From Rikenella microfusus (lineage in GTDB: Bacteria; Bacteroidota; Bacteroidia; Bacteroidales; DYQK01): 63,270 nucleotides of DNA. Below the pieces are notes generated by a model. That model had not been told where the DNA came from. It saw only the letters and a list, made by a program, of their open reading frames with translations, and searched no databases. Positions 1 through 10,649 of the stretch are shown here, one piece after another. The DNA lies in NCBI GenBank assembly GCA_020719385.1, contig DYQK01000003.1, forward strand, positions 1 through 63,270, given 5' to 3'. Each line of letters begins with the position of its first letter. The first letter of the stretch is position 1. Both the position numbers and the translations under genes were made by a program.

Positions 1-143
1 ACAATTTCGTAATAAAGTTTCTGTGCATAATCTTTCAATAATGTCCAAAAACAATTTCGAATACTCTGTTCATTATTCGTTTGTCCGAATAGCAAAGTTT
101 TATCAAGTTCTTGATAATATTTTTCAATAGCAACTAAACTCAT
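1..143 (-). CDS. 5' end of a gene running off the window; resembles the N-terminus of type ISP/IIG restriction-modification (N6-methylase) proteins
   Basis: ATG at 143; my translation is MSLVAIEKYYQELDKTLLFGQTNNEQSIRNCFWTLLKDYAQKLYYEI, open to the window edge. Family assignment is recalled similarity over only 47 aa. Confidence 0.5.
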   Translation of the reverse strand, partial: MSLVAIEKYYQELDKTLLFGQTNNEQSIRNCFWTLLKDYAQKLYYEI

Positions 144-457
144 AAAAGATTTTTTTTGCAAAAATAAAAAAAAAATCGATTTTTGTCGAAAAAATTTGGT
201 TTAAAAAAAAAATTTTTTATCTTTGTCGTTGTAAAAGTAGTCGAATCGTTTAGTACGTTTGAGTGATGGACATTTTTTTAAAATGGTGCATTTCACGTTG
301 GCAAAATTTACGAAAAATACTTGATTTTTTCAAATATTTTTCGTTTTCAGTTTATATAAAGTTAACAAAATAAGTCTGCTTAAAATAAAATTTTTCGATA
401 TTTGTCGAAAAAAATTATCTTTGTCAAAAAATATGAAAAAAAAATAAATTTTTTTTT

Positions 458-465
458 TATCTTTG
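458..465 (+). promoter_or_regulatory. Bacteroidota primary-sigma -7 element (TAnnTTTG); one example of a motif found before most genes here
   Basis: TATCTTTG about 20 nt before the ATG at 485. Similar boxes precede atpF (4510-4517), rplS, rprY, hpt, buk and others. Confidence 0.7.
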
Positions 466-484
466 CAAAAAAATTTATAAAAAT

Positions 485-2395
485 ATGAAATATTTTACCA
501 TCATTTTTTTATTTTTGGGTTTATTTTTCAAAGTTTCTGCTCAAAATCTTGAGTTAGATGTTAAAAATATTCCCAATTCGTTGCGAGAAAATGCTTGTGC
601 TGTGATTCGTTTTGAGGAAATAGTTTTTTCTCTGCAAAATAAACAGCAGGCAACCGAGAGACACAGGCGAATTATAACCGTTTTGAGTGAAAAAAATATT
701 GCGTCAGGTTATTTTGAACAGCATTTTGATAAATTTAAAACGTTGAAAAATCTCAAGGGAAAAGTTTTTGACGCAAGAGGCAATCTACTTTACGAAATCA
801 AAGAGACAGATTTTCAGACAAAAAATTATTCGCAAGTCTCTTATTTTCAAGAAGTTGGGATGAAATTTTATGTTCCGCAAGTCGTTCAATTTCCGTATTC
901 GGTGGAATATGAATGGGAATTTTCGTACAACGGTTTACTTTTGTATCCTGTTTGGATGCCGCAGAAGGATTTCGATTTCGCTGTTCAAGAATCTCGTTTT
1001 GAGTTTATTTGTTCAAATTCTTTAACTTTTCAATACAAAGAATCGAATTTGCGGGAAAAAGTTGTGATAAAAAATGAAAAAGACTCGAAGATTTATTCTT
1101 GGAAAGTTTCGCATCTCGAAGCACTCGAAAAAGAACCTTTTATGCCCGATATTACCGACTTTTTGCCCATCGTTTACACTGCTCCTGTGGAATTTTCGTT
1201 TAATGGAAAAGATGGAAATATGCAAAATTGGAGAAATATCGGTCAATGGTTTCGAAATTTAAACGAGAACACAAGTACGCTTTCTGAAAAAACGCTCAAA
1301 GAATTGCAAGCACTCACTATCGGTTTAACTGACAAAAAAGAAATTGTTCGCAAAGTTTATGAGTATCAACAACTTAAAATGCGTTGTATTTCGTTGCCTT
1401 TCGAATTTGGAAATTGGAAACCTATGGACGCAATAATGGTCGAGAAAGAAAGTGCAGGCGATTGTAAATCGTTGAATAATTATATGATTTCGATGTTAAA
1501 AGCTGTTGGAATAGATGCTTTTTACTCCCTGACGCGCGCGGGAAATAACACTATTGAAATGTTAAGTGCTTTCCCAAATGCGTGGTTTAATCATGCGTTG
1601 GTTTGTGTGCCGTTGGGAAATGATACTTTGTGGCTCGAATGCAGCGATTCGCAAAATCCGTTTGGTTATATCGGAGCAACCGCCGATGACAGAAATGTTT
1701 TATTAATTACAAAAGACGGCGGAAAACTTCATCATACTCGCACTTATTCGCAAAACGAAAATCTCGAATTTCACAAGGCAATTGTCAATATTGATGAAAA
1801 CGGAAGCGGCACTGCGTACATCACTTCGACATTTTCGGGGCTTCAATACGAGGATGTTGCCGCAATGGTGAACGAAAGAACCGACAAACAAAAGAAAATG
1901 CTGCAAGACGAGGTACAAGTTCCGAATTGTGAGATAAATAATTTTTCATTCTCGCAAGAGAGAAATCCTGTTCCGAAGGTTGTTTTAACGTTAAACTTGC
2001 GTTTGCGGGAATATGCGGCACAAAATCAAAATAAAACGCGTTTATATTTGAGACTCAATTTGGTGAATAAACAAACTTATATTCCGCAGAAACTCAAGGA
2101 ACGCAAAACCGATGTTGTTTGCCGCCACGCAAGTATTGACACCGATGTGATTATTTATCAGATTCCTGAATCGTATGAAGTTGAATTTTTGCCCGAGAAC
2201 ATTGATTTAACTTCAGAATTTGGAAGTTACAGTGCAACGGTTTCTGTTGATAAAAATACGGTCACTTATATTCGCACTTTGAAAATGAACAAAGGACATT
2301 TTTCCACGCAAGCATACAACGAAATGGTGCGTTTTTACAAAAAAGTTGCCGATTCTGATGATATGAAGTTGGTTTTGAAGAAAAAAACAAATTAA
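485..2395 (+). CDS. DUF3857 / transglutaminase-like domain exported protein
   Basis: Signal peptide; GDCKSLNNY catalytic Cys motif, FNHALVCV, WLECSD; C-terminal DUF3858-like region. Confidence 0.85.
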   Translation: MKYFTIIFLFLGLFFKVSAQNLELDVKNIPNSLRENACAVIRFEEIVFSLQNKQQATERHRRIITVLSEKNIASGYFEQHFDKFKTLKNLKGKVFDARGNLLYEIKETDFQTKNYSQVSYFQEVGMKFYVPQVVQFPYSVEYEWEFSYNGLLLYPVWMPQKDFDFAVQESRFEFICSNSLTFQYKESNLREKVVIKNEKDSKIYSWKVSHLEALEKEPFMPDITDFLPIVYTAPVEFSFNGKDGNMQNWRNIGQWFRNLNENTSTLSEKTLKELQALTIGLTDKKEIVRKVYEYQQLKMRCISLPFEFGNWKPMDAIMVEKESAGDCKSLNNYMISMLKAVGIDAFYSLTRAGNNTIEMLSAFPNAWFNHALVCVPLGNDTLWLECSDSQNPFGYIGATADDRNVLLITKDGGKLHHTRTYSQNENLEFHKAIVNIDENGSGTAYITSTFSGLQYEDVAAMVNERTDKQKKMLQDEVQVPNCEINNFSFSQERNPVPKVVLTLNLRLREYAAQNQNKTRLYLRLNLVNKQTYIPQKLKERKTDVVCRHASIDTDVIIYQIPESYEVEFLPENIDLTSEFGSYSATVSVDKNTVTYIRTLKMNKGHFSTQAYNEMVRFYKKVADSDDMKLVLKKKTN

Positions 2396-2438
2396 TTTTC
2401 CACAAAAAAACTGATAAAACAAAATTTTGTCAGTTTTT

Positions 2439-3083
2439 TTACTTTGTAAACATTTCTAAGAATATAACTTTTAACGCTTTTAACATTTTAAACAAATCGA
2501 AAAGTGCTTTGCTGTCGCCTGCGTATCCGTCACTGATGCAATATTTTTTATTTTCCAAAACTGCGAAATGCCAAAAAGCACCGATGAGAAATATGCCGTA
2601 AACGGGTTTTTCATTTTGATTTAACGTTTGCGAAACAAGCATTTCAGAAAGCATCTGCCCGATGCTATCGCCTTTTGTTTCCTCGCTGCGTTTATACTCG
2701 TTGAGACAGAGATAAGGCAATTTGGGAGAAAATCTACCTGTTGCAATCATTGCGTCGGGGTCACCGTAAATTCGCCAATTTTGCACAACTGCTTCGATGC
2801 GTCTCCAAGAATAAATGTTAAAATATTCAGTTTGAAAATTTACTAAACCAAGAATGGGACCAACAAAATATTGCATCCACTCAATTTCGTTCCAGACCCG
2901 TAAATTATAAGGAACAAGTTTTTGATAACATCGCAAAACGGTTTTTTCTTTTTTTTCAACGGTCATCTCGTAAGATTTTTTCGTCCAATATTCCATTGCA
3001 AACAAAGAATTAGTTTGTCTTAGTCCAAATTCTGTTTCAAGAAATTCTTGCGTACAATCTGAAAATTTAATTTCTTTTTCCAT
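2439..3083 (-). CDS. Hypothetical PD-(D/E)XK nuclease-fold protein
   Basis: GDPDAMIATG...LNEYKR...GQMLSEMLVSQ...PVYGIFLIGAFWHF. Start moved to MEKEIK (ATG 3083) because the longer ORF overlaps the tRNA. Confidence 0.65.
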   Translation of the reverse strand: MEKEIKFSDCTQEFLETEFGLRQTNSLFAMEYWTKKSYEMTVEKKEKTVLRCYQKLVPYNLRVWNEIEWMQYFVGPILGLVNFQTEYFNIYSWRRIEAVVQNWRIYGDPDAMIATGRFSPKLPYLCLNEYKRSEETKGDSIGQMLSEMLVSQTLNQNEKPVYGIFLIGAFWHFAVLENKKYCISDGYAGDSKALFDLFKMLKALKVIFLEMFTK

Positions 3084-3116
3084 AATAAAAAAATTTTTTG
3101 GGTAGAAATTGAGAAA

Positions 3117-3188
3117 TACCCCCACCCAGACTCGAACTGGAATTTAAAGTTTAGGAAACTTTCGTTCTATCCCTTGAACTATAGGGGC
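3117..3188 (-). tRNA. tRNA-Arg (anticodon CCT)
   Basis: Reverse complement GCCCCTATAGTTCAAGGGATAGAACGAAAGTTTCCTAAACTTTAAATTCCAGTTCGAGTCTGGGTGGGGGTA folds as a cloverleaf: anticodon loop TTCCTAA, T-loop TTCGAGT. CCA not encoded. Confidence 0.95.
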
Positions 3189-3197
3189 AGAAAAAAT

Positions 3198-4346
3198 TTA
3201 TTTTCCCACTTTTAACAATTTTTCGACTGCTTTTTCCAACGTTTCTTTCGATTTTGCAAAACAGAAACGTAAAATTTTTAAATTCAAATTATCGTGATAA
3301 AAAACAGACACCGGCGTTGAGGCAACACCATTTTCTTTCGTGAGACGAACAGCAAAATCCTTGTCGCGCTCATCGCTAATACTCGAATAGTCAAGCGTTT
3401 GAAAATATGTACCTTTCGAGGCAGTAAATTTATATTTCGAACCTTTCAATAAGTCTAAAAAGTAATCTCTTTTTTCTTGATAAAAACTCGAAAGCGAGAG
3501 ATATTCGTTTTTGTCTTCTAAAAATTCCGCAACCGCATATTGAACTGGCGTGTTCACAGAAAAAACTAAATATTGATGAATTTTTCGAAATTCTTTCATA
3601 ATAGATTCAGGGGCGAGACAATAACCCATTTTCCAGCCCGTTGTGTGAAAAGTTTTTCCAAAAGATGAGATAATTATACTTCGCTCAACTAATTTAGGAT
3701 AACGCGAAATACTTTGATGAATATTTCCGTCAAAAACAATATGTTCATAAACTTCATCGCTCATAATCATAATTTTTGTACTTGAAACTAATTTTGTCAA
3801 CATTTCCATATCGTTATTTGAGAAAATCGTCCCTGTCGGATTTTGCGGAGTATTTAAAATTATCATTCTTGTTCGTGCATTAATCATTTTTTTCACCTCG
3901 TCCCAGTCAATTTGATAATCAGGATATTTTAACGGCACATAAATGGGATGCCCGCCGTTAACCAATATGGAAGGAATATAACTGTCATAAGCAGGTTCAA
4001 AAACTATTACCTCGTCATCTTCTTTGATAAATGTCGTTATGGCGGTATAAATTGCTTGCGTTCCGCCTGCAGTGATGGTGATTTCGTTCTCAGGGTCAAA
4101 CTTATAACCATATAAATCCTCTGTTTTACGAGAAATGATTTCCCGCAACGACATTACTCCTTGCATTGGAGCATATTGATTGTAACCTTTTCGCATATAT
4201 TTTTCCACTAAACTAATCAATTTTTCGGAACATTGAAAATCAGGAAACCCTTGCGAGAGATTAATGGCATTATATTCGTTTGCCATTTGCGTCATTACAG
4301 TAAAAATTGTAGTGCCGACATTCGGAAGTTTTGACCGTATCACCAT
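3198..4346 (-). CDS. PLP-dependent class I/II aminotransferase (methionine aminotransferase, YbdL-like)
   Basis: SKLPNVGTTIF, INLSQGFPDF, NTPQNPTG, SDEVYEH, SSFGKTFHTTGWKMGY. Confidence 0.9.
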   Translation of the reverse strand: MVIRSKLPNVGTTIFTVMTQMANEYNAINLSQGFPDFQCSEKLISLVEKYMRKGYNQYAPMQGVMSLREIISRKTEDLYGYKFDPENEITITAGGTQAIYTAITTFIKEDDEVIVFEPAYDSYIPSILVNGGHPIYVPLKYPDYQIDWDEVKKMINARTRMIILNTPQNPTGTIFSNNDMEMLTKLVSSTKIMIMSDEVYEHIVFDGNIHQSISRYPKLVERSIIISSFGKTFHTTGWKMGYCLAPESIMKEFRKIHQYLVFSVNTPVQYAVAEFLEDKNEYLSLSSFYQEKRDYFLDLLKGSKYKFTASKGTYFQTLDYSSISDERDKDFAVRLTKENGVASTPVSVFYHDNLNLKILRFCFAKSKETLEKAVEKLLKVGK

Positions 4347-4559
4347 AACGTCTGTTTTAATTGATGTTACAATAAAGAAAATTTTGAATAATTATCTCAA
4401 AAACGTTGCAAAGATAAAATAAATTTTTAATTTTGCAAAGAAAATGAAACTATTTTTATTTTTTTTCAAAAATTTTTTGCGAAAAATTTGTTTTTTTCAA
4501 AAAAATATCTATTTTTGTCTTTTCAAATTTAAAATGTTAACTCCTTAAAAAGCAATATT

Positions 4560-5054
4560 ATGGGACTTGTAACCCCCGATTTTGGTTTACTTTTTTGGAT
4601 GCTTCTGTCGTTTAGTGTGGTTTTGTTTGTGTTGCGAAAATTTGCGTGGAAACCAATTTTGCAAACACTCAAGGAACGAGAAAACACTATTCAAAATGCC
4701 TTAGACGCCGCAAAAAAAACGCAAGAAGAAATGGCAAAACTCAAGGCAGATAACGAAAAAATTTTGCAAGAAGCACGAACCGAAAGAGACACAATTATCA
4801 AAGAAGCACGCGAGAATAAAGAAAAAATCATTGCCGAGGCAAAAAAACAGGCAACTTTTGAGGCAAATAAATTAATTGAGTCAGCAAAAACTGCTATCGA
4901 AAGCGAAAAATTAATTGCTCTCAAAGAAATCAAAGATAAAGTAGCCGAATTATCTGTCGAAATTGCAGAAAAATTGCTTCGCAAAGAACTTTCAAAAGAA
5001 AATAAACAAAACGAATTATTGAACGTTTTGATTAACGAAGTAAAAATGAATTAA
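4560..5054 (+). CDS. atpF: F0F1 ATP synthase subunit b
   Basis: MGLVTPDFGLLFW N-terminal TM, KFAWKPIL, long coiled coil. Confidence 0.95.
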   Translation: MGLVTPDFGLLFWMLLSFSVVLFVLRKFAWKPILQTLKERENTIQNALDAAKKTQEEMAKLKADNEKILQEARTERDTIIKEARENKEKIIAEAKKQATFEANKLIESAKTAIESEKLIALKEIKDKVAELSVEIAEKLLRKELSKENKQNELLNVLINEVKMN

Positions 5055-5066
5055 CTGGTTGCGTTT

Positions 5067-5600
5067 ATGAATGAAAGTAAAATTTCTGTTCGTTATGCGA
5101 AGGCACTTTTCTCCTTGTCGCAGGAAAATAATATTCTTCCCGCAGTGAAAAATGACGTTAACGAATTGCAAGAAGTTTGCCGCGAAAATAGCGAATTTGT
5201 CGCAATGTTGGAAAGTCCTGTCGTAAAAACTTCACAGAAACAACTTGTCTGTGAACAAATTTTTCGAAATCAAATTTCTGAAACAACGCTCACTTTTTTA
5301 TCGCTGCTAATCTCGCACAAACGAGAAATATTCTTGGAAAATATTTGCCGCAATTTCACCGATTTATATCGGAATCACTTGGGAATCAAGGCGGTTTCAA
5401 TAACAAGCGTTGTGCCGCTGCAAGAACAGGAACGTACAAAATTGATTTCAAATATCAAATTGCAATTTGGTTGCGAAGTAGAATTAACTGAAAAAATGGA
5501 TAATTCGTTAATCGGCGGATTCGTTTTGCAAATCGATGACAAACTTTTTGACGCAAGTTTATCCGCAAAACTGCAAAAAATTAAGCAAAATTTAAGTTAA
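5067..5600 (+). CDS. atpH: F0F1 ATP synthase subunit delta
   Basis: ISVRYAKALF, LESPVVK, SLIGGFVLQIDDKLFDASL. Confidence 0.95.
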   Translation: MNESKISVRYAKALFSLSQENNILPAVKNDVNELQEVCRENSEFVAMLESPVVKTSQKQLVCEQIFRNQISETTLTFLSLLISHKREIFLENICRNFTDLYRNHLGIKAVSITSVVPLQEQERTKLISNIKLQFGCEVELTEKMDNSLIGGFVLQIDDKLFDASLSAKLQKIKQNLS

Positions 5601-5655
5601 AATTTTTTCTGTCTGTCAGATTTTTTTTAATTTGGCAGATTTTTTTTCAAAAATT

Positions 5656-7587
5656 CTAAACTTTTACCCCAATAATTAATATATCGTCAGTTTGTTCTTT
5701 GTCTTTTTTCCATTCGTTAAACTTTTTCTCTAAAATTTCTTGCTGCTTCGAAACAGGTAACGTATAAATTTCAGATAAAATTTTGCGAAATATTCGTTTT
5801 GTCAGCGGCAAAGAACTTTCTTTGTTCAACTGCGAATGAAAACCATCCGAAAATAGATAAAAAATATCATTTTTTTCGAGTTGAAAAGAATGTTTTGTGA
5901 AAGATTTTTCTTTTAAAAATATTCCGACAGGCATCTTGTCCGCAGGAATCTCGATAAAATTAAAATTTTTAACGATGCCATCACTCAAAGTTTCGTTGAA
6001 AGTGATGGCATCGTTGCGAAATATCCACAAAGAATTGTTTGCTCCTGCAAAATTTATCTCTAAATTGTTGAGATTTAACGCACAAAACGCAATATCCATT
6101 CCGTCTAATTGGTCTCGCAACTCGTTAGTTTGCGACATGGTCTGTTTTATCTCGTCTCGCAAAACGTTTAACGCCTCCGCAGCACAAATTATTTCCCTTC
6201 GATTTACAATTTCGTTGAGAAACGTTACACCCAACATTGACATCAACCCACCAGGAACGCCGTGACCTGTGCAGTCTGCCGCCGCAACAATTAAAATGTC
6301 ATTTAATTTTTTGAAATAATAAAAATCGCCGCTAACTATGTCTTTGGGCTTGAAAAAAATAAACGATTCAGGAAAATATTGATATAAAATATTCGCAGAA
6401 GGCAATGTTGCATGCTGAATTTTCAACGCATAACGAAGACTTTTTTGTATATTTTGATTTTTCTTGTCAATTTCACCGTTTGCCATAGATAATTCCTCGT
6501 TCATCGTCAAAATTTTCTCATTTATTTCTGTCAAATTGTCAACAATAGTTCGAATTTCTTCCGTTTGCTGATTTATTTCCTCATTTCGTTCTTTTAATTC
6601 AGAATTTTTCATCTTCCAATCATTACTTTCGCGAAAATATTCTGTCATTAAATTTGATAATTTACTAAATTCATTCTTTTTTTTCGTTAAAGAATCTAAA
6701 AAAATTAAATTATTCGTTTTTAAAACTTTTATCAACAGAGATAACGGCTGCGAAATGTTGCGTTGCGTGAAAAAATACAACAGAAAAATGATAAAAAAAA
6801 AAATTAATAGAAAAATTATCGTTGATAAAAAGTAAAAATATTCCTCATCGTGTTGAAAAGAATCATTATTCCAAAATTTTAGATACGCAACAGGCTGATT
6901 CGCAGCGTTATGCAACGTTTCAAACACAATTAATTGATGCAAAAGTTCAGATTCATCAATATTTTTTGTTTTTTGACTCTCAACATTGCTGTTTGTAATG
7001 ATTTTTAACTTCGAAAAATAAGTAGAATCCAAATGATTCGTGATAATAAACACACCTTCAGGTTTTTTTAACTTTTTTGTATCCTCTGTTCTGTGAATAG
7101 TCATGCAAAAAACCTGAAAAATTTGATTTTGAACATTCACAAAATATTGAAAATAACGTTTCTGCGAATTTTCAGTCGAGTCAATGTGTTGATAAAAAAT
7201 ATTTTTAGTCAAAGGAAACGGAATATCAAACTTTGTCGAGTCAAAAGAGTGCAACGAAATATTGAGATTCATATCGCAAATCCAAATTTGCTCGATTCCC
7301 TGCACATAATGAAGCGGGTCGAAATACATTTTATACCAACTTTGATTTTTTTTTTGCACGCCTTCGGTAATCAACTCGTCCCAAAAAGTATAAGTCTCGG
7401 CGGTATTTTTAAAAACTTCCGCAGAAAGTTTTACAGCAACGTTAGTCGAATATTGTTTTTGCGTCAATAAATCTTTTCGATACGCATTTTTTCGAACAGA
7501 ATGCAAATACTGCCCAATAAAAAAGAAAATTATTGGGAAAAATAACAAAATTGAGATAAATAAAATCAGTTTTGTGCGAATTTTCAT
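5656..7587 (-). CDS. Membrane sensor PP2C/SpoIIE-family phosphatase (CHASE4-like periplasmic domain, coiled coil)
   Basis: Two TM segments; PKDIVSGDFY, ADCTGHGVPG, DGMDIA, FSDGF, QTDDILIIG. Confidence 0.88.
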   Translation of the reverse strand: MKIRTKLILFISILLFFPIIFFFIGQYLHSVRKNAYRKDLLTQKQYSTNVAVKLSAEVFKNTAETYTFWDELITEGVQKKNQSWYKMYFDPLHYVQGIEQIWICDMNLNISLHSFDSTKFDIPFPLTKNIFYQHIDSTENSQKRYFQYFVNVQNQIFQVFCMTIHRTEDTKKLKKPEGVFIITNHLDSTYFSKLKIITNSNVESQKTKNIDESELLHQLIVFETLHNAANQPVAYLKFWNNDSFQHDEEYFYFLSTIIFLLIFFFIIFLLYFFTQRNISQPLSLLIKVLKTNNLIFLDSLTKKKNEFSKLSNLMTEYFRESNDWKMKNSELKERNEEINQQTEEIRTIVDNLTEINEKILTMNEELSMANGEIDKKNQNIQKSLRYALKIQHATLPSANILYQYFPESFIFFKPKDIVSGDFYYFKKLNDILIVAAADCTGHGVPGGLMSMLGVTFLNEIVNRREIICAAEALNVLRDEIKQTMSQTNELRDQLDGMDIAFCALNLNNLEINFAGANNSLWIFRNDAITFNETLSDGIVKNFNFIEIPADKMPVGIFLKEKSFTKHSFQLEKNDIFYLFSDGFHSQLNKESSLPLTKRIFRKILSEIYTLPVSKQQEILEKKFNEWKKDKEQTDDILIIGVKV

Positions 7588-7593
7588 AAACTT

Positions 7594-8172
7594 TTACATA
7601 TTTTTTTGAAAATGATTCGCTGCGAATTCCAATTGTTCGTACCAATCTTTCCCAAATTTTCGAATCAACGGTTCCTTAAGTACTTGATAAAGATAAAGTT
7701 GCAAAAGTTTTCCCTTCTCGCGTGCCGAAGAACAAATTTTTAATTGTTGATAATTTAACGCCTCAAGACCGCCATAATAAGGTCGAATCCGAATCGGAAA
7801 CAAATGACACGAAATTGGTTTTTGAAACGAAATCTCACTCGCAAAAAACGCTTTCTCTATCGCACAACGGGCAACATTTTTTTCAAAAAAACAATAAGCA
7901 CATTCAGAATTGTCAATTAACGGCGTAACAAAAGTATTGTCGGTTTCATCTTTGACATAAAAACCAACTTTCTCTATCACTTCGATGCCTTTTTGCGTGA
8001 GATAAGATTTAACTTTTGGAAAAATCTCTTCTAAAATGGGCAATTCCGTCTCATTTAACGGCGCGCCCGAATCTCCTTCAACGCAACATTGTCCCAAACA
8101 TTTCGAAATTTCACAGCAAAATTTTTTATCTAAAATATCGAAACTTATCAACGTATTTTCAATTTGAAGCAT
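7594..8172 (-). CDS. DUF3109 family Cys-rich protein
   Basis: FCCEISKCLGQCCVEGDSGAPL, KPISCHLFPIR. Confidence 0.85.
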   Translation of the reverse strand: MLQIENTLISFDILDKKFCCEISKCLGQCCVEGDSGAPLNETELPILEEIFPKVKSYLTQKGIEVIEKVGFYVKDETDNTFVTPLIDNSECAYCFFEKNVARCAIEKAFFASEISFQKPISCHLFPIRIRPYYGGLEALNYQQLKICSSAREKGKLLQLYLYQVLKEPLIRKFGKDWYEQLEFAANHFQKNM

Positions 8173-8181
8173 AAAAAAAAA

Positions 8182-9846
8182 TTAAGAATGTTCCAAAAAC
8201 TCTCTCGCATTTTGAAGGGCAATTTCTGTTAACTGCTTGCCGCTCAACATCTTAGCAATTTCCTGCACTCGCTCCTCGTGAGAGAGAAGTCGAATTTTCG
8301 TTGAAGTTTCGACCTCGGTTTCCAATTTGTAAACTTTATAATGAAAATCGCCTTTGCTTGCCACTTGCGGCAAATGAGTAATGTTGATAATTTGGCTGTT
8401 TTTTGCCATTTGTTTGATAATTTCGCCCATTTTGTGGGCAATTTCGCCAGAAATGCCGCTGTCAATTTCGTCAAAAATTAAGGTCGGAAGTTTTATCGAT
8501 TCCGAAATCAACGATTTGATACTCAACATTAAACGCGAGATTTCGCCGCCCGAAGCAATTTTCGAAATTTCCTGCACCTCAACATTTTTATTTGCCGAAA
8601 ACAAAAACATTACCTCATCTCTGCCTGTTGCATTAAATTCTTGATTTTCAACACGTTGAATACGAAAAGACGCATTCGGAATTCCTAAATCAAACAACAT
8701 TTCTGTAATTTTCTGTTCAATATTTGGAATTGCGGCAATTCTACTCTCTGACAACAACATCGATTTTTGTTCCAAAATTTTTTGCAAATTAGAAATTTCC
8801 AATTTCAATTTCTCTAATTTTCCCTCGTAAGAATTAATTTCTTGCAATTTTTTCTCAAAATCTGCTTGAATTTCAAGCAATTCGCGCACCGTTGAAACGC
8901 GATGCTTGTGCTGCAATTTGTAAATTATGTCTAAACGGTCTTGCACCTCGACAATTCGTTGCGGGTTGCAGTCAATTTTTTCGTTTAAAAACTCAATTTC
9001 TTGCGAAATATCTTTTAATTCGTAATAAACGGTTTTTATCCGTTCCGACAATGTTGATGCCGCAGAAAAATATGACGAAATATGTGAAAAAGAATTTAAA
9101 ATTTCTTTTAAATTCGAAATTATCCCATTTTCATCTGTTAACAGCAAACCTTCAGCACTTGCGAGATAACGCTTAATTTCTTCGGTATGCGTAAGAATCT
9201 GCAATTCATTTTCTAACGATTCCTGTTCTTCGGGCAAAAGTTTAACTTGTGAGATTTGGTCAAATTGAAATTGATAATAATCCGCTTCTTTTTGCGACTG
9301 AATCGACTGCTTCAATAACAATGAATATCGATTTGAAATTTGTTTAAATTGTTGATAATCAACGAAGTAATTGGACAAAAGAGACTCATTTCGCGCAAAA
9401 GCGTCAACAACTTTTAGTTGAAAATGCGATTCGTTTAACAATAAATTGCTGTGCTGCGAGTGAACATCAATTAATTTCTCTGTCAATTCTTTCAAAAAAT
9501 TGAGATTTGTCGGCGAATCGTTCACAAAAGCACGCGACTTTCCGTTGGGAGAAATTTCTCTTCGAATAATTAATTGATTTTCGAAATCTATATCTTGATT
9601 TTTAAACGATTCAGACAACTCGTTTTCTAAATTACTGACTTCAAAAATTGCTTCGACAATACACTTTTCTGTTTTATTTTTCAAGACAGCAACATCAGCT
9701 CTTTGCCCTAAAATCAAGGACAAAGCATCAAGAACAATCGATTTTCCTGCACCTGTTTCTCCCGTAATGATAGTAAAACCAAGGTTAAAATTTATCTCAA
9801 GTTGAGAGATAAGTGCGTAATTTTTGATGGATAAAAATTGCAACAT
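8182..9846 (-). CDS. recN: DNA repair protein RecN
   Basis: TGETGAGKS Walker A, ASGGEISR signature, IFDEIDSG, ITHLPQVA. Confidence 0.97.
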   Translation of the reverse strand: MLQFLSIKNYALISQLEINFNLGFTIITGETGAGKSIVLDALSLILGQRADVAVLKNKTEKCIVEAIFEVSNLENELSESFKNQDIDFENQLIIRREISPNGKSRAFVNDSPTNLNFLKELTEKLIDVHSQHSNLLLNESHFQLKVVDAFARNESLLSNYFVDYQQFKQISNRYSLLLKQSIQSQKEADYYQFQFDQISQVKLLPEEQESLENELQILTHTEEIKRYLASAEGLLLTDENGIISNLKEILNSFSHISSYFSAASTLSERIKTVYYELKDISQEIEFLNEKIDCNPQRIVEVQDRLDIIYKLQHKHRVSTVRELLEIQADFEKKLQEINSYEGKLEKLKLEISNLQKILEQKSMLLSESRIAAIPNIEQKITEMLFDLGIPNASFRIQRVENQEFNATGRDEVMFLFSANKNVEVQEISKIASGGEISRLMLSIKSLISESIKLPTLIFDEIDSGISGEIAHKMGEIIKQMAKNSQIINITHLPQVASKGDFHYKVYKLETEVETSTKIRLLSHEERVQEIAKMLSGKQLTEIALQNAREFLEHS

Positions 9847-9875
9847 TTTAACTTATGTTTAGAAAAAAGTTAAAA

Positions 9876-10634
9876 TTAGTTAAATAAACCTTTTATATAA
9901 TCTTTAGTTTTCTCGTTTTGTGGATTTTCGAAAAACTGTTTTGCCTCTCCAAATTCGATAATTTCTCCGAGATACATAAAAACCACGTAATCTGCCATTC
10001 GGCGGGCTTGGTCGAGAAAATGCGTCACCATAACGATGGTATAATTTTGTTTTAACTCAATAAATTTTTCCTCAATAACTTGACTCGAAATCGGGTCTAA
10101 TGCCGATGTTGGTTCGTCTGCGAGAATAATATCGGGGTCAACAGCCAAGCCGCGCGCCAAGCACAGGCGTTGTTGTTGCCCAATAGACAAGCAAGACGCA
10201 GGGTCGCGAAGTCGATTTTTCACTTCGTCCCAAAGATTCGCCATTCGCAAATAATGTTCAATGCGTTTTAACATCAACGATTTTTTGCGTCTTCCGCTAA
10301 TTCGCAACCCAAAAGCAACATTTTTGTAAATATTCATCGGCAACGGATACGGTCTTTGCGAGAGAAGTCCCATTTTTTTGCGAATTTTCGTAATATCGGT
10401 GTTTGTGTGCAAAATATCTTCGTCATCAATAAAAATATTTCCCGAAATTTTCGATTTGGAATATAAATCGGTAAGTCGATTCAGACATTTCAATAACGTA
10501 GTTTTTCCGCACCCTGAGGGACCAATAATGACCGTAATTTTATTTTTCGGAATCTGAATGTTGATATTTTTTAAAATTTGTTGCTTATTGATAAAAAAAT
10601 TCAAATCCTTGATAATAATTTTTGGAGTTTCCAT
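9876..10634 (-). CDS. pstB: Phosphate ABC transporter ATP-binding protein
   Basis: GPSGCGKT, QRPYPLPMNIY, LSIGQQQRLCLAR, DEPTSALDPIS. Confidence 0.85.
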   Translation of the reverse strand: METPKIIIKDLNFFINKQQILKNINIQIPKNKITVIIGPSGCGKTTLLKCLNRLTDLYSKSKISGNIFIDDEDILHTNTDITKIRKKMGLLSQRPYPLPMNIYKNVAFGLRISGRRKKSLMLKRIEHYLRMANLWDEVKNRLRDPASCLSIGQQQRLCLARGLAVDPDIILADEPTSALDPISSQVIEEKFIELKQNYTIVMVTHFLDQARRMADYVVFMYLGEIIEFGEAKQFFENPQNEKTKDYIKGLFN

Positions 10635-10649
10635 AGACAAGTTAAATTT

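Noticed and set aside
218..312. Possible small RNA after a TATCTTTG box
   Set aside because: Only a weak imperfect hairpin; no recognisable RNA family or terminator
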